Below, piece after piece: positions 26,379-32,000 of a stretch of 32,000 bases of DNA. The DNA comes from Candidatus Brocadia sp. (GTDB lineage: Bacteria > Planctomycetota > Brocadiia > Brocadiales > Brocadiaceae): positions 930,001-962,000 of the forward strand of contig CP091279.1 of NCBI GenBank assembly GCA_021650915.1, given 5' to 3'. A program made the translations under genes and the position numbers. Under the pieces are notes generated by a model that saw nothing but the letters and a program-made list of their open reading frames with translations, did not search any database and was not told the origin of the DNA. Numbering within the stretch: the first letter of the stretch is position 1; every line of letters begins with the position of its first letter.

Positions 26379-27554
26379 CTATAACCTATGCCCATTTGCC
26401 AGAACGACATGGTTAAATCCCATGCTGGAATATGGCGTATTTTTCAGCTTTCTGTTATCATAATCCTGTACAAACTTTCTTATTGCCTCATCTGAGGTGG
26501 CTGCCGGCAACCTGAACAGATAAACCGCCCCTGCCGGAACCGCATTTTTTAAAGGTTTCAGAGATATTCCCTGCTGCCGGGTTGTTTTCGTATTTTTTTC
26601 AAAACTGTAACCGCTTACCCTGAGAGGTGGCCGGGTAAATGCAAAGAGCAGCTCGAGGTGCAGACCGTCCGCCTCAAATAGATTCTTCTTCTCTTCTTTC
26701 TGCCGGAAAGGTATCCAGCCTTGCTCAAATATGCCGTGCTGGAGCAGCGCCATTCTGAACGTCTTTGTTTTTATCATCTCAGAGATAAGCGTCTCTCTTG
26801 TTTGTCCGAATTTCTGTTCAAGAAGGGAATCAGAGGCAATGCCGCTCACATACACCAGATGCGATTCGCTGCCAAGCTTCAGGGCGCCGGCGGCAAGAGG
26901 TTTGTCCGTCGCGCAATAAAAGCCCATACGATCGCGCAACCGGTTGTACGGTGTGGTGTAGAATTTCGTTTCCTCCACCGTCCTGTTGTGTTCCCTGAGT
27001 TTTGCCGTATCAAGGGTGATGCCGACACGGTCTTCAGGCATCCAAAGCCCTTTCTCCGCGACTTCCATCTCATTCAGAGAAAGCCGGTACCTGCATATTT
27101 CCGACAGCGAGATAAATTCCGGCGGATACCGGTCGTCAAGTTTTCCGTCAGGGATAGTGGGACAACACAGGTCGAATCCGCAATCACTTTCCAACGACGC
27201 CATCTTTATCGGAAAGGCGGAATAACACCAACGATCCCCGTCATTCTTCCGGAAAAGATCGGAGGGCGTTTTGAAATAGATTTCCCCGGTATCAGCGTCC
27301 ATCAGATACGGGCCGGTAATATCCACGCCCAAGGTTTCATCGTTACCAATCTTTTCTCTCGCACGTTCCGCATCTGTCAGACTGCCGTGAGGATCAATCA
27401 GATGATGATCGGCAAGGAGTTTATTCCGGACAAAACCCTGGAAGGTTGACGGATACGGAGGGAATACCCCTTCTGTATACCATTCGCCAAAATGGAAGGA
27501 TTTATTACCCCTGAAGAACAATACATCGTAAGGTCTGACGAAATAATCGGGCAT
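26379..27554 (-). CDS. cmr3: type III-B protein Cmr3 (Cas5 family)
   Basis: 391 aa. N-terminal VRPYDVLFFRGNKSF is the Cmr3 signature. Position after cas10. Confidence 0.85.
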   Translation of the reverse strand: MPDYFVRPYDVLFFRGNKSFHFGEWYTEGVFPPYPSTFQGFVRNKLLADHHLIDPHGSLTDAERAREKIGNDETLGVDITGPYLMDADTGEIYFKTPSDLFRKNDGDRWCYSAFPIKMASLESDCGFDLCCPTIPDGKLDDRYPPEFISLSEICRYRLSLNEMEVAEKGLWMPEDRVGITLDTAKLREHNRTVEETKFYTTPYNRLRDRMGFYCATDKPLAAGALKLGSESHLVYVSGIASDSLLEQKFGQTRETLISEMIKTKTFRMALLQHGIFEQGWIPFRQKEEKKNLFEADGLHLELLFAFTRPPLRVSGYSFEKNTKTTRQQGISLKPLKNAVPAGAVYLFRLPAATSDEAIRKFVQDYDNRKLKNTPYSSMGFNHVVLANGHRL

Positions 27555-27556
27555 AT

Positions 27557-29242
27557 CTATTTATCTCCTGCTAAAAATCGGGCATATAAAAGCGCATTAA
27601 TCATTGCGTCAATACCCTCAAACTTCATCAAAAGCCCCACTATCTCCATAATTTCGGCGTTGGCTTTATCAACCCCTCTTGTTCCTGCAATGATGGTATA
27701 AAGATAGTTCTCTTTGTGCCTAGCATCAGTTATCGCCTTCAGAACCTCCTCTGACTCCTTTATGCGATAAGGCGTTGTCCGTGATATATCAGCGCTCAGT
27801 AGTAATTCCTTCAGCCTTTTTAAGTCTCCGATAAGTTTGTTGGAGAATGCGAAATTGAAAGTCTCTGTATGTCCTTTGATTAAAGAGATGGCGGTTGCAT
27901 TTTTACCCCTGAATTTCTTTGCCTTTCTGAGCATCCCGCAGGCAGAGAGTATCGCCTGTGACAACGGATATTTATGATAGCAAACAACAACCCCGGCAGA
28001 TAAGGTAAATTTTTCTGCCATAGGTTTAGTTAAATCATTTTTCAGAAAATAGCCGTTGTAGAGATTGTTCAATTCCCCGATGCAGTCGAGGAGATATTCC
28101 GGGTGGATGACGAAGTTTATATCCTCACCTCCGGCAAAGATAAGCTGTCCCTGATTACGCGAGACCGTGGCATTAACCGCATTTGAAAAATCTGATATTA
28201 TCCTTGAGACGTCTTGTATATAACCCGGGAATTTATCCCTGTTTTCCTTTAAAATATTTCCCATATTATCACCGTCCATAGAGATGATGCTATAGAAAGG
28301 ACGGTCGAGCCATGGTAGTTTTATCTTATCCTGATATTTTTCCGTCAACGACTTTTTCCACGCAGTAAACTTCTTTCTGAGATTCGGGTCATAAAAAAAT
28401 CTCCCCTCAGAGTCCTTCTCTTCTGAAATCTGCTCGCATTCCCTGATGAGCGCTTTGTATGCTTGTTTCATTTCATCATCTGCCGTATCAATGCATGCCT
28501 TGATTGGACTGAAAGCAATGTCAGAGGTGGATTGATAACGAGGTTTTTTTAATTCTGCCCTGGTACCCGAAAAAATGGACTTTACTGCCTCAGGCAGGAA
28601 TCTCTTTAACAGACAGACGCTGCAGATATGTTCTTCATTGTAAAGACCGGCATCTTTGTCCACTACTTTTGAATATATCCTTTTCCTGTCTCCGCACAGG
28701 CTGCATTTCTCCCATTTCGCAATCGAGTTGTTGCCGGTGATTTGCCTGAATGGTCTGAGGGCTGAACGTATCCTGATCTTACGTTCAGCCTCAAGAAATT
28801 CTTCAAAGGTGGGTTGTGCATCTTTAATCTCGTGTATCGTATAAAAGAAATGAAAGAAGTCTTTTAATTCGCCATGATCAAAAACACCTGCTTTTCCTTT
28901 TTGCTCCGCCAGTTTTCCCACTTTTAGAGCGATGGTCTTAACGATCTCTTCAATAATTGTTTTCAAACCATTTTCTATGGCACTCCTCCGGCTATCAGTA
29001 AAGGTGACATAAATCTGGTCGGGAACGCTTCCGCAAGCGATTGTCCCGTTCCGTCGATACATGGGGTTGTTATCAAGATACGGGAGAAACAGCGTGCCGC
29101 CGTTATTCGTAATATCCCTTGCAACCTCAGACATCACATAGGAAAAAAGGAAGGATGCGCCCCAGAAATCCACGGTCTTTCTGCTCTGCCTGACGAAGTC
29201 GTAGATAGGGCCTATTTCACAGATGAGGAGGTAGTTTTTCAT
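27557..29242 (-). CDS. cas10: Cas10/Cmr2, HD-less, 561 aa
   Basis: N-terminus IGPIYDFVRQSRKTVDFWGASFLFSY. Zn-finger CSLCGDRK...CSVCLLKR. Palm motifs SMDGDNMG and FAGGEDI (GGED at 28121-28132). No H-D motif region upstream. Confidence 0.9.
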   Translation of the reverse strand: MKNYLLICEIGPIYDFVRQSRKTVDFWGASFLFSYVMSEVARDITNNGGTLFLPYLDNNPMYRRNGTIACGSVPDQIYVTFTDSRRSAIENGLKTIIEEIVKTIALKVGKLAEQKGKAGVFDHGELKDFFHFFYTIHEIKDAQPTFEEFLEAERKIRIRSALRPFRQITGNNSIAKWEKCSLCGDRKRIYSKVVDKDAGLYNEEHICSVCLLKRFLPEAVKSIFSGTRAELKKPRYQSTSDIAFSPIKACIDTADDEMKQAYKALIRECEQISEEKDSEGRFFYDPNLRKKFTAWKKSLTEKYQDKIKLPWLDRPFYSIISMDGDNMGNILKENRDKFPGYIQDVSRIISDFSNAVNATVSRNQGQLIFAGGEDINFVIHPEYLLDCIGELNNLYNGYFLKNDLTKPMAEKFTLSAGVVVCYHKYPLSQAILSACGMLRKAKKFRGKNATAISLIKGHTETFNFAFSNKLIGDLKRLKELLLSADISRTTPYRIKESEEVLKAITDARHKENYLYTIIAGTRGVDKANAEIMEIVGLLMKFEGIDAMINALLYARFLAGDK

Positions 29243-30507
29243 AGTTTAAACTCTATGGGTGTTATCCCGCTCAATTGCTGACGGATAAATTCATCAAACA
29301 CCGTGTTATTGTGTACATATTTTCCGTTATTATTGTCTATCAGTATATCCATGCCTTGTGCTGGATTTGAAATCATAAAGAGAAAGGCAGGGTAATAGTG
29401 CTTCCCAATCTTATGGACACTGATCAATACAGGACTTGCAAAGCGATCGCCAATACCTTTGCCAGGTTCTTCTTTACGCTTTACCATTGCCTTATTTCCA
29501 TTGCTAAATCTGTATCCAATCGGAAGCCCAAAGACAGGCTTTTTCAGTCTATTTATATTATTATTCAGGACGGCAGATTTATCAGGCTGATATTCCTGCC
29601 TGAAATATTGAAATCTCTTGCCTGCTTCATTTAAAGCAAGTTCCCATGTTGTATACGGAATTTTGTCTAACGTCTCATTGCAAGTAACAGGTGTTTTATT
29701 TTCAATAAAAAACAATCTCGCATTTACCATATTTGTGTATTTTGTGCTGGAAATGCTTGATATACCCTTCCGTTGCCTGTATTGTTTCCAGCCCATCAGC
29801 CCCTGATCGACTAATTCTTTATGGCTATTTAAATCTTTGGCGGGGCAAAAATCAAAATGTTTCAAGACATCATCATGAAATGGCTTTGGTAAAATATCTA
29901 CCTGATTTGATTGTAACTTTCCAAACCCGCGCCTCGCCCTGTTACCAAAACCACCAAAATGAAGTGCAAACCAGAAGGAAATGAGGGCGTTTTCAAATGC
30001 CTGTTTGTCCACAGATGTCATAATCAGATCAAAAGTAGAGCCATGGGTAATAAACTTTCTTATATCAATTTTTCCCTCACGTGTCGTCTTAACATAATTG
30101 ATATAAGCCAGATACTGATAACCATTCAGTGGATAATTTTTGCCCTCTACCTTTGAACACTGATAATTTGCCCAGCAGGTATTGCGCCATTCCTTTATCT
30201 CTATCTTTGGATTTTCAATTCTTATTTTTATCTTTGAAGCAACGTCTGTGCTTCCGAATATCTCGTCTTCTGATCTCTTTAATAGTTCAAGATTATCCCC
30301 GCCGAAAATAGCTCTGAACCACCACCGTAATACCCCTTTCAGAGAAGGAACCCGCAATTCAGCGGTTTTTAACTTTTCTTGCCAATTTATTGTTGTCTTT
30401 CCTTGTTTATTTTTACGAGTTTCAGAGAATTTTTTACCATCCGCAATTTCCCCATTACTCATCATCAAGGGTGTTATTACCTCTAATTTGAAATTGGCTT
30501 TATACAT
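29239..30507 (-). CDS. cmr1: type III-B RAMP protein Cmr1
   Basis: 422 aa. LEVITPLMMSNGE...LRVPSLKGVLRWWFRAIFGG. GAGGAG RBS. ATGA overlap with cas10. Confidence 0.8.
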   Translation of the reverse strand: MYKANFKLEVITPLMMSNGEIADGKKFSETRKNKQGKTTINWQEKLKTAELRVPSLKGVLRWWFRAIFGGDNLELLKRSEDEIFGSTDVASKIKIRIENPKIEIKEWRNTCWANYQCSKVEGKNYPLNGYQYLAYINYVKTTREGKIDIRKFITHGSTFDLIMTSVDKQAFENALISFWFALHFGGFGNRARRGFGKLQSNQVDILPKPFHDDVLKHFDFCPAKDLNSHKELVDQGLMGWKQYRQRKGISSISSTKYTNMVNARLFFIENKTPVTCNETLDKIPYTTWELALNEAGKRFQYFRQEYQPDKSAVLNNNINRLKKPVFGLPIGYRFSNGNKAMVKRKEEPGKGIGDRFASPVLISVHKIGKHYYPAFLFMISNPAQGMDILIDNNNGKYVHNNTVFDEFIRQQLSGITPIEFKL

Positions 30508-30952
30508 AGATAAACTCCTCTCGGCCTATTTTAATACCTGTTCTTATAATTTATGGTTTTGTTTCATAAAGAAAAGAATACCTTTTAAATATTACCGCCA
30601 TTAAATGAGGGTGGATTAAGGCGATCTCTAATATCACCGTATCCACCACTCATTCCAGATTTTTATGCTGTCGCTTGTTGGTGGATGCGCTCCGTTTCAT
30701 CCACCCTACATAAACGAAGCGAATGTGTGCACAGAATGGAAGGATATCTCTTTCCCGCCCCTGCCGATCCGTAATTCGGCAATGGGTTTGTGCCGATGAA
30801 CAGAACCAGATCCGTGACGGAGTGCATGGATGGCCTCCTTGTGTCAAAGTGACAAAATAAAGGCAGCCGTTGATTTCCGGAAAAACTTTCAGCATTCTAT
30901 AAACTATTTTCAAAAAAAGGAAACAAAAAATCGACCGCTTCTTTTTTTAATC

Positions 30953-31172
30953 TCATAGCGCAGCAAGGCCGCAACCAATTCTCCGTTGTGAAAGCGGGGA
31001 GATTGCTTCGGACAAGACCCTCGCAATGACACTGGCTATGTCTTTGATGACATACGGTACGTTGTCATTGCGAGCAAAGCAATCCTTCTCTTATAAACAA
31101 ACGGTACCTTCTGATAAGGGGTAAATAGGGTTGCAAAAAAAGAAAAATTTTATACGGTAATGTTATAGATAT
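30953..31172 (+). repeat. family 1 hairpin repeat copy
   Basis: Aligns with the other copies. Preceded (30600-30730) by GGTGGAT...ATCCACC hairpin modules also seen at 6240-6350. Confidence 0.75.
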
Positions 31173-31444
31173 TCCATTTTATTGCACTGGAAGTCTCATT
31201 AACAGATTACGTTTGACATCCCATTCAGACATGTGATACCTTTAATGCTTCTTATTTAAAAACAGCCGGGTATTTATTCTGCGGGAAGAGTTGTGGACGT
31301 TAGTATAAAACATCTGCTGGCGACAAACACATTCAATGCCGTTTTTACGCCTTGTTCCCGAGTATGATGGACATTCATTCCTGTTAATCAAATGCCGGCG
31401 GCTACCAGTGCACTGTTTAATAATCAAGGTTGTTCGCTATACTT

Positions 31445-32000
31445 ATGACAGAGACCAAGATTGACACACCCTGGCATACGTTGCAGATTGATGAGGTAAC
31501 AAAGAATCTTGACACGGATGCAAACGCCGGGCTTAGCCATGACAAGATAGAAGACCGGTTAAAAAAATACGGATATAACCAGCTAGCGGAAAAAGAAGGA
31601 ATATCCCCCCTCCTGCTCTTTTTGGGACAGTTTAATAACTTTATCGTCTGGATACTGATAGCAGCAGCCCTGGTCTCCGGATTTTTAGACGAACGGATCG
31701 ATGCCCTGGCCATTATTGCCATCGTGATAATAAATGCTGTCATCGGCTTTGTCCAGGAATACCGGGCGGAAAAATCGCTTGAAGCCTTGCAAAAAATGGC
31801 GACGCCCTTTTCAAAGGTACTGCGTAACGGCGAAATGCATTCCATCTCTTCCCGAAATATTGTGCCGGGGGATGTAGTATTGCTGGAGGCCGGAGATTAT
31901 GTCCCTGCCGACGGCAGGCTCTGTTCCTCGTTTAGCCTGAGGACACAGGAGGCATCGCTTACGGGAGAATCAACGCCCGTGGACAAATCGACGGAACCAC
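31445..32000 (+). CDS. P-type cation-transporting ATPase (type II, Ca2+/cation family), 5' partial; runs off the window
   Basis: Translated by hand from ATG 31445: MTETKIDTPWHTLQIDEVTKNLDTDANAGLSHDKIEDRLKKYGYNQLAEKEGISPLLLFLGQFNNFIVWILIAAALVSGFL...QEASLTGESTPVDK. This gives a Cation_ATPase_N domain and a TGES actuator motif. Not in the ORF track because no stop falls in the window. Confidence 0.85.
   Translation, partial: MTETKIDTPWHTLQIDEVTKNLDTDANAGLSHDKIEDRLKKYGYNQLAEKEGISPLLLFLGQFNNFIVWILIAAALVSGFLDERIDALAIIAIVIINAVIGFVQEYRAEKSLEALQKMATPFSKVLRNGEMHSISSRNIVPGDVVLLEAGDYVPADGRLCSSFSLRTQEASLTGESTPVDKSTEP

Noticed and set aside
26721-27449. 242-aa plus-strand ORF inside cmr3, with similar antisense ORFs elsewhere (14216-14734 in cas1, 16629-17057 and 16699-16899 in the RT-Cas1 5' region, 10888-11286 and 11283-11666 in the antiporter, 461-865 in the kinase)
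   Set aside because: These are shadow ORFs opposite well-supported genes. They have no recognisable motifs and are Arg/Pro-rich, as is typical of antisense frames.
27557-29242. Search for an HD nuclease domain on Cas10, and for CARF/Csx1/Csm6/Can/SAVED effectors anywhere in 14-31 kb
   Set aside because: None found. Cas10 begins with the post-HD conserved block, and every ORF of 60 aa or more in the island is otherwise accounted for. A remote homologue could still be missed without HMM searches.
31417-31845. 142-aa minus-strand ORF at the right end
   Set aside because: The plus strand here encodes a clear P-type ATPase N-terminus (TGES motif, Cation_ATPase_N). The minus ORF is its antisense shadow.
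1-32000. tRNA, rRNA, tmRNA, integrase, transposase or prophage genes
   Set aside because: No cloverleaf-like or rRNA-like sequence and no recombinase or transposase ORF was recognised. The mobile signal is limited to non-coding repeats.

Overview
Bacterial window, gene-dense, with intergenic regions full of modular hairpin (MITE/REP-like) repeats. Lineage cannot be assigned from the sequence alone. The left 14 kb is mostly housekeeping or sensory genes: a hybrid histidine kinase, an MsbA-like ABC exporter, a Zn-ADH-family oxidoreductase, a decayed FGE-sulfatase pseudogene, a YjeF-N epimerase, a PAS-GGDEF cyclase, a K+/H+ antiporter, a secreted tri-haem cytochrome c and a DUF523/DUF1722 protein. 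From 14.0 to 30.5 kb everything lies on the minus strand and forms one accessory island, a type III-B CRISPR-Cas locus. Its order is cmr1, cas10/cmr2 (no HD domain, GGED palm motif), cmr3, cmr4, a repeat insertion, cmr5 and cmr6. Next comes a 532-aa CorA-like two-TM membrane protein whose ATG overlaps the cmr6 stop, then a DHH/DHHA1-like phosphoesterase (NrN-like). These are followed by cas2, a leader, and a CRISPR array of 17 perfect 36-bp repeats plus 2 degenerate ones. Downstream of the array sit a ParE toxin gene split by a nested repeat insertion, an intact VapBC pair, a second 3'-truncated cas2 copy and a 1016-aa Cas6-RT-Cas1 fusion. No CARF, SAVED, Csx1 or Csm6 effector is visible. The predicted output is therefore the CorA/NrN membrane-effector route, known elsewhere to use SAM-AMP, combined here with reverse-transcriptase-dependent adaptation. 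The window ends with the 5' part of a P-type cation ATPase on the plus strand. All functional calls rest on motif recognition by eye; no database search was possible.
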